The notes under the pieces were generated by a model that was given only the letters and a program-made list of their open reading frames with translations, had not been told where the DNA came from and ran no database searches. Shown here piece by piece: positions 25,384 through 37,845 of a stretch of DNA of 64,000 nt (positions within the stretch are counted from its first letter, which is position 1; each line of letters begins with the position of its first letter). Position numbers and translations under genes: made by a program. This DNA is from Mobula hypostoma (Eukaryota), in NCBI RefSeq assembly GCF_963921235.1, contig NC_086109.1, forward strand, positions 30,196,001 through 30,260,000. Direction: 5' to 3'.

Positions 25384-25734
25384 TTTATAAAAGCTTGTGT
25401 TTTGTTTCAGGTTTGAACAGTTAATATTTAATTAGTTTCATTTTAAATACTAACCTAGCATTTCTCAGAAATCTTCCAGAAACATCTAAAGTCTTTAACA
25501 TTGACAGTCAACAAAGTGATGGTGAATCTTTTTTTTCTCTTAAAGCTGCTGGAGAGTTTGAGGGACAGGGCTGCTTCATTGCGTTGCTTAAGGCACTGCC
25601 ATGTCTCAGGGGTTTGTCATGACTCTGGGAGATGTCAGGTCAGCAGCATGAAACATCTGAAGGCTACAGGATGAGAAGGACAGATTGAGAAATGGACACA
25701 GATGTAGAATTGACATTCAAAGCAGTGAAGTTTG

Positions 25735-25967
25735 AAGCAACACACATCAAAGTTGCTGGTGAACGCAGCAGGCCAGGCGGCATCTCTAGGAAGAGGTACA
25801 GTCGACGTTTCAGGCCGAGACCCTTCGTCAGGACCGTCCTGACGAAGGGTCTCGGCGTGAAACGTCGACTGTACCTCTTCCTAGAGATGCCGCCTGGCCT
25901 GCTGCGTTCACCAGCAACTTTGATGTGTGTTGCTTGAATTTCCAGCATCTGCAGAATTCCTGTTGTT
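25735..25967. mobile_element. Young fold-back PLE end insertion: 100-bp arms, 1-nt spacer, 32-nt tail, 12-bp TSD
   Basis: Arms 25735-25834 and 25836-25935 differ at one position by eye. tgaagtttgaag occurs at 25726-37 and 25968-79. Confidence 0.92.
25801..25834 (-). ncRNA. Minimal type I hammerhead motif in the left arm of the PLE palindrome
   Basis: GUC-CUGACGA-AGG(GUCUCGG)CCU-GAAA-CG-UC^GAC. The plus-strand copy at 25836-25869 has a stem II mismatch. Confidence 0.65.
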
Positions 25968-28530
25968 TGAAGTTTGAAGTAAAACATTTTGTTAGGAAGA
26001 ATAAGATGAGGCAAAAATTGCCTTTTTTGTTCAAAGCTGAGCAAATTAGAAGTGTTTCCATTAAAAGAGTCACAAAGTACCCCAGGAAATTTTGTATGAA
26101 ACATGGCAAAATGTTGTAGTAATGACCCAAGTTTGTGTAGAAAAGCTTTACTAAAATGGAACTAGGTCTAAATGACTTCACTTAAAAGGAGAAACGCAAA
26201 GCTACGGTAACTCTCTCTTAAGCCAAGCAAATTATGAGATTCCATAGAGGTGTTTACAACCTTAAGTAGTTAGTGTAGAATAAATCAGCAGAACATGCTT
26301 CCAGTGGATGAAGTTTTGGCATCCAGGAAACCCAGGAGGAAATGGCATCAGTTTACAAAATACTCACAGTCAATTAATTTCTTTAGAAGTTCAATTACTT
26401 CTGGTATTTTTAAATTGTTTTCTAACTTCATGTACACCCGAAGAAATACATTTCCAATTCAAGCTAAATATCAGTTTCTCCACAATCTTTCTACGAATGC
26501 CTGAAACCTGCTTTTAATAATCTTAATGTTACGTCTTAATTTTGCGAGCTCGTTTGCACTGAAAACCTTTCAAAACTTTCTGGCATATTTCCAATAAAGC
26601 TAATAGCAATTAAAATAAATACTCATTAAAAATTAGCTTAAAAGCATCTCCAGCAAACGGGCTAAATCACGCTCGAAAGCACCCCTTGTCCCATATGCAA
26701 CTAAGATTTGTCAAAGCTGCAGTTACTTGGGTTGGATTCTGGGAGCCTATCAGACTCTCGAGACCAACAGAGAGGTATCCTTGGGTTCACCCTTGGGTGA
26801 GGAAGTCCCAAGGTGCGGCGCCCTGTATACGCATACAGCAAAGAAAGCTGACGATAGAGACAGCTTTCATAGTTGAAAGTGTCTTTGGATGTTTTTAAAA
26901 AAGCCTCCAACATTGGGAAATTTAAAAGCATTAGAGACTGAAGTAAACAATAAAAATAATGAGATTTTTTAAGTAGAAAAATTGATAAGTTTTTAAAAGA
27001 AAATGAAGAATAAAGTAATGTACTATCTTTCTCCAAATCAATAGATCAATAATGGTCATTGAAATTAATCAAGGTCTTGGTTAGTCAGGTCTGATTTGAT
27101 AAAGAATATGAAGTAGCCTCTTTTAATTGTCAACATATTCCAGATTTCCACATTTTGTAATTTCATTTGGAACTTAGAACAAAATTTAGCATGATCTGGC
27201 TTTACAGCTGATAAGATAGGAGCTACAAGGGAGATGGTCAACCCTAAGGTGCAGGAGACAGGTGACTATCAGGAGCGGGAAAGGGAATAGGCAGCCAGAG
27301 CAGAGTAGCCTTGTGGCCTTTCTCCTTGATAATAAGTATACTGCTTTGGATATGAGGGGTGGACCTACCACGGAGAAGCTGCAGTGACCAAGTCTGCAGT
27401 GACCAAGTCTTTGGCACCGTCTGGCTCTGTGGCTCAGAAGGGAAGTGGGGGAGAAGAAAAGTGCAGTAGTGATAGAAGATTACATAGTTAGAAGAGCGGA
27501 CAGAAGATTCTGTGGACATGAAAGAGACACCTGGATGGTATTTTGCCTCCCAGTGCCAGGGTCAGAGGTGTCTCCGATTGGGTTCACCACATTCTAAAGG
27601 GAGAGGATGAGCATCCGGAAGTTGTGGTACATATTGATACCAACAACATATTGTAGATAGGAAAAGGGATAAAGTCCTGAAGAGAGAATATAGGGTTAGG
27701 TAAATGCTGAAAAGCAGGGACTCTGTAGATTGCTGCCTTTGCCATGTGCCAATGGAGGTAAGAATAGTTAAGATTTGGTAGATGAATGCGTGGCTGAGAA
27801 ATTGGTGCAGGGGAAGGGCTTCAGATTTCTGGATCATTGGGATCTCTTCACCTATACAGTAAGAACGGGTGGACAAATATCGTTGCAGGCAGGTTTGCTA
27901 GAGCTGTTCAGAAAGGTTTAAACTATTTCGGCAGGGGGATGGGAACCAGATTGATTGAACTGAGAACTACATTCCCAAGTTTCTGAAAGGGGGAGCTGAA
28001 GGGATTGTGGAGGCATTAGTATTGATCATTCTCAAATCACTAGATTCTGGAATGGTTCTGGAGGACTGGAAAATTGCAATTGCCATTCCACTCTTTGTGA
28101 AGGAAGGGAGAAAGAAAAGAAAATAATAGCAGTTAGCCTGACCTGTGATTGGGAACATATTGGAGGCCATTATTTGGATAAGATTTTGGATAACTTTGGC
28201 GGCACATGATAAAATAGGCCAAAGTCAGCATGTTTTCTTCAGAGGAAATCTTGTCTGACAAATCTGCTGAATTTCTTTGAGGAAATAACAGGCAGAATAG
28301 ACAAAGTACCATCAGTGGATGTTGATTACTTGGATTTTTAGAAGGCCTTTGACAAGGTGCCGCACATGAGACTGCTAAACAGGATAAGAGCCCATGGTGT
28401 TATAGGAAAGATACGAGCATGGATAGAAGATTGGCTGACTGGCAGCAGGAAAGATTGGGAATTAAGGAGGCTGTTTCTGGTTGGCTGCCAGTAACTAGTG
28501 TATTCTGCAAAGTCAATGTTTCGACTACTT

Positions 28531-31500
28531 ACCATAGAACCATAGAACATTACAGCACAGAAACAGGCCTTTTGGCCCTTCTTTGCTGTGCCGAAACATT
28601 TTTCTTCCTTGTCCCACTGACCTGCACCTGGACCATATCCTTCGATATACCTCTCATCCATGTACCTGTCCAAGTTTTTTTTTAAATTTTAAAAGTGAGC
28701 CAGCATTTACCACTTCATCTGGCAGCTCATTCCACAAATTCACTCTATCTATACCCATCATAATTTTATATACCTCTATCAAATCTCCCCTCATTCTTCT
28801 ACGCTCCAGATAATAAAGTTCTAACCTATTCAACCTTTCTGTGTAACTTAGTTTCTTATAGTCATAGTCATACTTTATTGATCCCAGGGGGAAATTGGTT
28901 TTTGTTACAGTTGCACCATAAATAATAAATAGTAATAGAACCATAAATAGTTAAATAGTAATATGTAACTTATGCCAGTAAATTATGAAATAAGTCCAGG
29001 ACCAGCTATTGGCTCAGGCTGTCTGACCCTCCAAGGGAGGAGTTGTAAAGTTTGATGGCCACAGGCAGGAATGACTTCCTATGACGCTCTGTGCTACATC
29101 TCGGAGGAATGAGTCTCTGGCTGAATGTACTCCTGTGCCCACCCAGTACATTATGTAGTGGATGGGAGACATTGACCAAGATGGCATGCAACTTAGACAG
29201 CATCCTCTTTTCAGACACCACCGTGAGAGACTTCCATCCCCACAACATCACTGGCCTTACGAATGTGTTTGTTGATTCTGTTGGTGCCTGCTACCCTCAG
29301 CCTGCTGCCCCAGCATACAACAGCAAACATGATAGCACTGGCCACCACAGACTCGTAGAACATCCTCAGCATCGTCCGGCAGATGTTGAAGGACCTCAGT
29401 CTCCTCACAGCTCTGACCCTTCTTGTAGACAGCCTCAGTGTTCTTTGACCTGTCCAGTTTATTGTCAATTCGTATCCCCAGGTATTTGTAATCCTCCACC
29501 ATGTCCACACTGACCCCCTGAATGGAAACAGGGGTCTCCGGTACCTTAGCTCTCCTCAGGTCTACCACCAGCTCCTTAGTCTTTTTCACATTAAGCTGCA
29601 GATAATTCTGCTCACACCATGTGACAAAGTTTCCTACCGTAGCCCTGTACTCAACCTCATCTCGCTTGGTGATGCATCCAACTATGGTAGAGTCATCCGA
29701 AAACTTCTGAAGATGACAAGACTCTGTGCAGTAGTTGAAGTCCGAGGTGTAAATGGTGAAGAAAAAGGGAGACAAGACAGTCCCCTGTGGAGCCCCAGTG
29801 CTGTTGATCACACTGTCGGACACACAGTGTTGCAAGCACATGTACTGTGGTCTGCCAGTCAGGTAATCAAGAATCCATGATACCAGGGAAGCATCCACCT
29901 GCATCGCTGTCAGCTTCTCCCCCAGCAGAGCAGGGCGGATGGTGTTGAATGCACTGGAGAAGTCAAAAAACATGACCCTCACAGTGCTCGCTGGCTTGTC
30001 CAGGTGGGTGTAGACATGGTTCAGCAGGTAGACGATGGCATCCTCAACTCCTGATCGGGGCTGCTAGGCGAACTGGAGGGGATCTAAGTGTGGCCTGACC
30101 ATAGGCTGGAGCAGCACCAGAACAAGTCTCTCCAGGGTCTTCATGATGTGGGAGGTCAATGCCACCGGTCTGTAGTCATTGAGGCCGCTGGGGCGCAGTG
30201 TCTTCGGCACAGGGACGAGGCAGGACGTCTTCCACAGTACAGGAACCCTCCGGAGCCTCAGGCTCAGGTTGAATACTTGGCGAAGTACTCCACATAGCTG
30301 AGGGGCACAGGCTTTGAGCACTCTGGTTCTGACACCATCTGGTCCTGCAGCCTTGCTTGGGTTGAGACATTTCAGCTGTCTTCTCACCTGTTCAGCCGTG
30401 AAGCCCACCATGGTGGTTTCGTGTGGGGGAAGGGTATAGTCATGAGAGCAGGGTGGGGGACTGTGAGGAGGGGTAGGAGGGGAGAGTGGAATATGTGTTG
30501 GTTGGGGGCTGACAACAGATGGTTCGTGGGGGATCGGCAGGGGTCACAATGTCAAATCTGTTAAAGAACAGGTTAAGTTCGTTGGCCCTGTCCACACCAC
30601 CCTCAGCTCCTCTGTTGCTAGTTTGCCGGAACCCAGTGATGGTCCTCATCCCCCTCCAGACCTCTCTCATGTTGTTCTGCTGGAGTTTCCACTCAAGCTT
30701 CCTCCTGTACCTGTCTTTAGCCTCCCTGATCCTGGCTTTCATCTCCCTCTGTATTGCCCTCAGCTCCTCCCTATTTCCATCTCTAAACACCCTCTTTTTA
30801 GCATTCAGGATGTCCTTAATGTTCTTTATCCCGACAACATCCTTGTAAACCTTCTCTGCACTCTTTCAGCCTTATTAATATCCTTCCTGTAATCTGGTGA
30901 CCAAAACTGCACACAATACTGCAAATTCGGCCTCACCAATGCCTTATAGAACCTCACCATAATATTCCGACTCTTATACTCAATACTTTGATTTATAAAG
31001 GCCAATGTACCAAAAGCTCTCTTTACAACCCTATCTACCTGTGACACCACTTTTAGATAATTTTGTATCTGTATTCCCAGATCCCTCTGTTCTACTGCAC
31101 TCCTCAGTGCCCTACCATTTACCTTGTATATTCTACCTTGGGTTGTCTTTCCAAAGTGCAATACCTCACACTTGTCTGTATTAAACTCCATCTGCCATTT
31201 TTCAGCCCATTTTTCCAGCTGGTCCAAATCCCTGTGCAAGCTTTGTAAATCTTCCCCACTGTCCACTACACCTCCAATCTTTGTATCACAGCAAATTTGC
31301 TGATCCAGCTTACCATATTATCATCTAGATCATTGATATGGATGACAAATAACAATGGACCCAGCACTGATCCCTGTGGCACACCACTAGTCACAGGCCT
31401 CCACTCAGAGAAGCAATCCTCCACTACCACTCTCTGGCTTCTTCTACTGAGCCAATGTCTAATCCAATTTACTACCTCTCCATGTATACCTAGCATCTCA

Positions 31501-33362
31501 ATCTTCCTAACTAACCCCCCATGCGGGACCTTGTCAAAGGCCTTACTGAAGTCCATGTAGACAATATCCACTGCCTTCCCTTCATCCACTTTCCTGGTAA
31601 CCTCCTCAAAAAACTCTAATAGATTTGTTAAACGTGACCTACCACACACAAAGCCATGTTGACTCTCCCTAATAAGTCCTGGTTTATCCAAATATTTGTA
31701 GATTCTATCTTTTAGTACTCCTTCCAGTAATTTACCTACTACCGACTTCAAAGTTACTGGCCTATAATTTCCCGGATTACTTTTAGAGCCTTTTTAAAAA
31801 ATGGAACAACATGAGCTACCCTCCAATCCTCCGGCAGCTCACCCGTAGATACTGGCATTTTAAATATATCTGCCAGGGCCCCTGCAATTTCAACACTAGT
31901 CTCCTTCAAGGTCCGAGGGAATACCCTGTCAAGTCCTGGGGATTTATCTACTCTGATTTGCCTCAAGATAACAAGCACTTCCTCCTCTTCGATCTGTACA
32001 GGTTCCATGACCTCACTACTTGTTTGCCTTATTTCCATTGACTCCCTGCCAGTTTCCTTAGTAAATACAGACGCAAAGAACCCATTTAAGGTCTCCCCCA
32101 TTTCTTTTGGTTCCATACATTGCCGGCCACTCTGATCTTCAAGAGGACCAATTTTATCCCTTACTATCCTTTTACTCTTAATATACCTGTAAAAGCTCTT
32201 TGGATTATCCTTCACTTTGACTGCCAAGGCAACCTCATGTCTTCTTTTAGCCCTCCTGATTTCTTTCTTAAGTATTCTTTTGCACTTTTTATGCTCCTCA
32301 AGCACCTTATTTGCTCCCTGTTTCCTATACATGTCATACATCTCTCTCTTCTTCTTTATCAGAATTCCAATATCCCTTGAGAACCAAGGTTCCTTATTCT
32401 TATTCACTTTATCTTTAATCCTGACAGGAACATACAAACTCTGCACTCTCAAAATTTCCCCTTTGAAGGCCTCCCACTTACCAATCACATCCTTGCCAGA
32501 GAACAACCTGTTGAAACTAATGGTGTTATGATCACTGGAACCAAAGTATTCCCCTACACACACTTCTGTCACCTGTTCTAACTCGTTTCCTAATAGGAGA
32601 TCTAATATTGCATCCTCTCTAATTGGTACCTCTATATATTGATTTAGAAAACTTTCCTAAACACATTTTACAAACTCTAACCTGTCTAGACCTTTAACAG
32701 TATGGGAGTCCCAATCAATATGTGGAAAATTAAAATCCCCTACTATCACAACTTTATGTTTCCTGCAGTTGTCTGCTATCTCTCTGCAGATTTGCTCCTC
32801 CAATTCTCGCTGACTATTGAGTGGTCTATAGTACAACCCCATTAATGTGGTCATACCTTTTCTGTTTCTCAGCTCCACCCATAAGGACTCAGTAGACAAG
32901 CCCTCTAATCTGTCCTGCCTGAGCACTGCTGTAACATTTTCCCTGACTAGCAATGCCACCCCCCCCACCCCACCCTTCATTCCTCTGCCTCTATCACGTT
33001 TGAAACATCGGAACCCTGGAACATTTAGCTGCCAGTCCTACCCCTCCTGTAGCCAAGTTTCAGTAATGCCTATAATGTCGTAATTCCGTGTGCCAATCCA
33101 CGCCCTCAGCTCGTCAGCCTTCCCCACAATACTCCTTGCATTGAAATAGACACACCTCAGAAGATTATTACCACTACACACAACCCTTCTATTTGTGACT
33201 TTGCATGAACTTTTAACATCATTTATTTTCACCCCTGCTCCACTATCTGCTCTGGCACTCTGGTTTCCATCCCCCTGCAAATCTAGTTTATACCCTCCCC
33301 GACAGCACTAACAAACCTACCTGCAAGGATATTGGTCCCCTTGTAGTTCAGGTGTAACCCAT
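28531..33362 (-). mobile_element. CR1 LINE from the ORF1 C-terminus through ORF2 (APE + RT) to the tail; frameshifted and split by a Rex1 insertion
   Basis: DGLHLNYKGTNILAGRF (ORF1 end); YFNARSIVGK..IIGITETWL and VVIVGDFNFPHIDW (APE); [13 protein letters not shown] and [11 protein letters not shown] (RT); (ttctatgg)n tail at 28531-28548. Confidence 0.92.
28857..30827 (-). mobile_element. 5'-truncated Rex1/Babar LINE nested in CR1
   Basis: [32 protein letters not shown] and [42 protein letters not shown]. (TATGAC)n tail. Confidence 0.93.
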
Positions 33363-33364
33363 CC

Positions 33365-33750
33365 GTGTGTCTGTCTGTCTGTCTCTCTCTCTCTCTCAAC
33401 CACCTCTCTCTCTCTCTCTCTTGTAACCATTTCTCTCTCTCTCCTCCCCACCTTTCAAATGTCTCTGTCCTCCCCCACCTTTCAAATCTCTCTCTCTCCT
33501 CCCCCACCTTTCAAATCTCTCTCTCTCCTCCCCCACCTTTCAAATCTCTCTCTCTCTCCTCCTCCACCTTTCAAATTTCTCTCCCCATCCCCCCAGCTTT
33601 CAAATCTACTCCTCAGCTTTTTTTCTCCAGTCCTGCCAAAGGGTTTCGGCCCGAAACGTCGACTGTACTTTTTTCCATAGGTGCTGCCTGGCCTACTGAG
33701 TTCCTCCAGCATTTTGTGTGTTTTGCACAGATTTCCATCATCTGCATTTT
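33365..33750 (+). mobile_element. PLE 3' end (second subfamily) with a six-copy ~29-bp tandem repeat
   Basis: Repeat unit (ct)n-cccccacctttcaaat at 33435-33606, followed by agtcctgccaaagggtttcggcccgaaacgtcgact and gctgcctggcctactgagttcctccagc. Confidence 0.85.
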
Positions 33751-36700
33751 CTCTAGTTTGTGGATGACAGAATTGAGGGCTTTGTAGCCAAGTATGCAGA
33801 TGTTATGAAGATGGATGGAGGGGATAGTGGTGTTGAGGAAGCAGGGAATCTACAGAAGGACCTAGACAGATTAGGAGAAGTAACAGATGGAATATGGTGT
33901 CAGGAGATGTATGGCCATGCACTTTGATAGAAAAAATAAAGGCGCGAACTATTTTCTAAATGTGGAGAAAATTCAAAAATTAAAGGTACAAAGGGATTTG
34001 GAAGTTCTTGTGCAGCATTCCTTAATCAATTCACAGGTTCAGTCAGAGGTAAGGAAGGCAAATGTAATGTTAGCATTACTTTCGAGAGAACCAAAATATA
34101 AAAGCAAGTATGTTATGGTGAGGCTACATAAGACACTAGTGAGGTCAAAGGTGGAGTATTGTGAGCAGATTTGGCCCCTTATCCAAGAAAAGATATGCTG
34201 AATTTGAAGAGGGTCCAGAGAAAGTTCACAAGAATGATTCCAAAAATGAAAGGGTTAACATACATATGAGGAGTGTTTGGCTTGTACTGGTTGGAGCTCA
34301 GAAAAATGAGGAGCAGATCTCATTGAAACCTCTCGAATGTTGAAAAACCTCAATAGAGTGGATGTGGAGAGAATCTTTCCAATGGTGGGCATGTCTAGGA
34401 CCAGAGGGCACAGCCTCCAAATAGACGGACGTCCATATAGATCAGAGATGAGGAGGGATTTCTTTATTTTGTGGGTATAAATCTGTGGAATACGTTGCCA
34501 TGGATGATTGCGGAGGCCAAGTCATTGAGTATCTTTGAATGGAAGTTGATAGGTTCTTGATTAGTCAGGGCATTGAAAGTTATGGGGAGAAAGCAGGGTA
34601 ATGGGGTTGAGAGGGATAATACAGTAAAATGATGAAATGGTGGAGTAGACTCGATGGACCAAATGGCCTAATTGTGCTCCTATGTCTTACGGTCTTATGA
34701 TCTTACATTTTGGAAGTCATTCGTGATAGACTTTTTCCTATGTGGAGTATTTTAAGCATATGGGGGTTTTTCGTAAGGTATCATGCTGTACTGCCTCACT
34801 AAATTTTTTAATTGGAATTACCATCAAAAACAACACCATATTTTATACCTTAATTGCATCCACGGCTGCTGAACACAATGTTATAAAAATATTTAGTTTT
34901 TATACCGACTTCTGCTTTTTTCTTGTTTTTGACTCAGTTCTGGAATTGTTTATTAAATAGTTATGCTTAATAAAGTAGCATGCAATTTAGCATTAATTGT
35001 ATTTTAATTAAATTTTGAATTGATCAATTGCCAATGAGAATGATTGGCACTTGCATTGGAGCTAAATATGTGTCACTTTAGAAATAGGGAAATAACTTCT
35101 GCAGGAATTTGGAAATGAGTTTAAGGGAATTAATTGGAGGTACAGTTGGAAATGTTTTTTTTGGTAGAAGGACATACTGAAAATTAGCAAGTGGAGAAAG
35201 TAAGTCCTAATGTGGTATCATTTCAGATGGGAGGGTGATTCTTTATAGTGAGAATCTGAAAATTGTGTTTGAAACCAAGATGGGATTTGAACAAAAGCAG
35301 TAGAGTAACTTGCATCCAAAGATTATTTTGTAATGTATCTACAGGAACAAAGGGAGTAAGTATAATCTGAGTTCCAGATGAACAGGTTTTTAATGCAATA
35401 TGAGATGTGCATGATTCTATTTTATATAGGGAGAATGTAAAATAGCATCAGTGAAATTTGTTCTGATAAACATGGATGAAAGTTCGGCTACAATGAACTA
35501 ATTTAAAGAAGTCACGTTGGTGGTCCTTGTAATGGCTTTGATTTTTTTTATTTATTGAGGTTTGAATAGAAAGTAATTCCAAATGATATAACATTGACTT
35601 ACAGTGGTGATAATTGCTGCACTCTGTTCAATGTGGCTTCCTATGTTTTAATTATACTCTAAGTACTCTTGCCCTGTTTTATGAAATATGTCTCCATTAT
35701 TTTTTGGGTAGAAGACTTGACTACATAAATTCACATCCAGTCCTTTGGAACATTTGCTGTGTGTTGCAAGAATTCTGTATTAGTCTTTCACTAATTCTTT
35801 CCATCCTCTTCTAATTTCCCAACCTTAATGCTGCAAAGCTTCACGAAGTAGTTGACCAGCCACCAGTGTGCCCCTATTCTCTCTGAGGAGGCACATTTTG
35901 ATTTTACATCCTTGCTTGCTTACATTCGAGTTCGGTAACTCCTTTCACTATAATGCTTGTTTCTACTGAACTTCAAGCTGTTAGCACTAGTGATATGGTT
36001 TCTTTGATGCTTAATGGTCCATGTGTACATACCAGCTCTATTTTTCTCAGCAGGGATATTCTCCTTTTGTTTGTAAAGTTCCTACAGAATGAAACTGACT
36101 TTCCATAGCCACAGCTGATTGCCCTACATCTCATGACCATTTTTTGTTTTCATTCTCCCAGTTCCCTCTTGAGAATAATCTCAAGTTAATAACCTCTGCT
36201 TTTAATTAGTTACTTTCTTCTTTTTTCCACCGTCTTTTACAGCACATGCTAAATATATCACAGAATTATTTACGCAATTATTATAAACACATATTATGTC
36301 TTATACTTTAAGCAATTTGGTTCAAGGGATATTCTTGGCTAACCATACTTTGAAATGCAGCTTAGAGTCAAATCACTCCACTGGGTTCAGAATGAGTGAG
36401 TGTCTGAGGACGTAGCATGTTTTTAATTAGAACGACTTTTGAACTGGAAAACATTTCGGGCTAAGGATGGTTATCCATGATTTGTAGGTTTGTAGGGAAA
36501 GGAAGATTCAGTCTATTTGCCTCATTCATTTAGATTTTCAACAGTATCATCTTTCATTTACAAACTAAAGTTGCTTTTTCATAAGTTCAAAGGCTATGCC
36601 ACATTTGTTCTTTAGTGGGGGGGGGGTTCAATTTTAAGAAGAAACATTACTGCAGCTTATCTATTATTACGTTGTCATTAGTAGTGTATACTAAGGAATG

Positions 36701-37589
36701 GAAAATTTGGATTAAAAATAGTTACTAATACATTTTTATGGCAAATTAATTTGAAAACATGGTGTTTTGCACACACCATTTGCAAATTGAAAGACTAATT
36801 TGTTATCAACCAACAGACATTTCATGTATTTATTAATTTCTTTAACATTATGATGTAACTGGCAGGATTGAAATGTGCTGATTTTAACTAGACTAGTCCA
36901 GTTTAAGTGGTGACATTTTTGTAAATTACTGATTCTGTGGCTCTGAAATTACTATGACAACCAGTATGAGGAAATATTCTGGTAACAGAATGAATCCAGT
37001 CAAATAGTTACAGACCCACTAATTTATGAATATCTGTTGAAATGCTATTACTTATAAGTAATCTTGGGCTTTAGGAACTATGACTGCTCACTTGAAACTA
37101 CCGTATTAACATTAAATAAGTAAAACCTTTATTTGGGGACTAAATTAAAAGTGTATTTTCCCCATGTGTAGCACGACTTGTTTTCTCTTCCAGCTACTGT
37201 ATGATTACTTTATAAGTGAAAATGCTTTGATTGGAAAATGTATTAATGAATCATATTTTGTTTTTCTACTATTACTGGTACACCAAGATTGAAGGGCACA
37301 GGTACAGCTGAAATGAAAAAAAATGTCTGCAATAGACAGTGCCAGAATGAATTTTAAAGGCCCATAGATTGCATGAAGAAAAAACTTCAGTGAGAGGGAA
37401 ATAAAACTCCATGAGTCACAAGAAGAAGAAATTGGGAACTACAAATTAAAAATTAGGTTGTATTGAAAACAAAGGAGATGTAAAATAACTTATTTGTTAG
37501 GCAGTAGAATAGACAAAGACTTCCAGAATAGGAAAAAGTACTGTTGGTTACAAAAGTAAGAAATTGAATTCCAAGTTCTACAATAGCAG

Positions 37590-37845
37590 ATTGAAAAACA
37601 AACTGCTGGAGGAATTTAGCAGGTTAAGCAGCGTCATGGTGAGTATGGAGGAGTGAGGAAAATTAGTGTTTCAGGTCAAGATACTGCATTAAGATTCTGC
37701 ATTTTAGTCCCAATACACGATGTCAAATCAAAACATCAATAGTTCCTTTTTCCTTTTCCTTTGCATATTTTGTTCCATTGACTGAGTTCCTCCAGCAGAC
37801 ATTTTTTGCTCCGGATTACAGCATCTGCAGTCTCAGGTGTCTTCG
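37590..37845. mobile_element. Ancient fold-back PLE end insertion
   Basis: ctgctggaggaatttagcaggttaagcagc ... gactgagttcctccagcag in inverted orientation, followed by the tail cagcatctgcagtctc. Confidence 0.6.

Larger units (their letters stand above)
27215..34702 (+). mobile_element. Old internally deleted CR1 LINE (27215-28530 and ~33755-34702) hosting a nest of insertions
   Basis: ORF1 esterase-like remnant (gtagtgatagaagattacatagttaga, VIGDSIVR-type) and RT remnant (ttggatttttagaaggcctttgacaaggtgccgcac). Resumes at ggatgacagaattgagggctttgtagccaagtatgcagatg. (tcttatgg)-type tail at ~34685-34702. Confidence 0.8.

Noticed and set aside
25664..26181. ORFs with self-mirrored peptides on both strands
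   Set aside because: An artefact of the PLE palindrome, not protein genes.
26186..26220. acgcaaagctacgg resembles a c-di-GMP-I riboswitch core
   Set aside because: The remaining consensus and helices are absent, and the context is a eukaryotic intron; a chance match.
26788..26817. Minus-strand gcaccttgggacttcctcacccaag loosely resembles an IscB omega-RNA/HEARO stem; plus-strand gaggaagtcc resembles the RNase P/MRP P4 motif
   Set aside because: Short matches only. There is no nuclease ORF nearby and no partner motifs in the required order or strand.
26848..26887. CTGACGA...GAAA..GTC hammerhead-like ordering
   Set aside because: Stems I and II do not form next to the core boxes, and CTG is tied up in the GAAAGCTG/CAGCTTTC stem.
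33435..33606. Regularly spaced repeats suggesting a CRISPR-like array
   Set aside because: The spacers are low-complexity (CT)n rather than unique, and there are no cas genes; this is a minisatellite in a PLE UTR.
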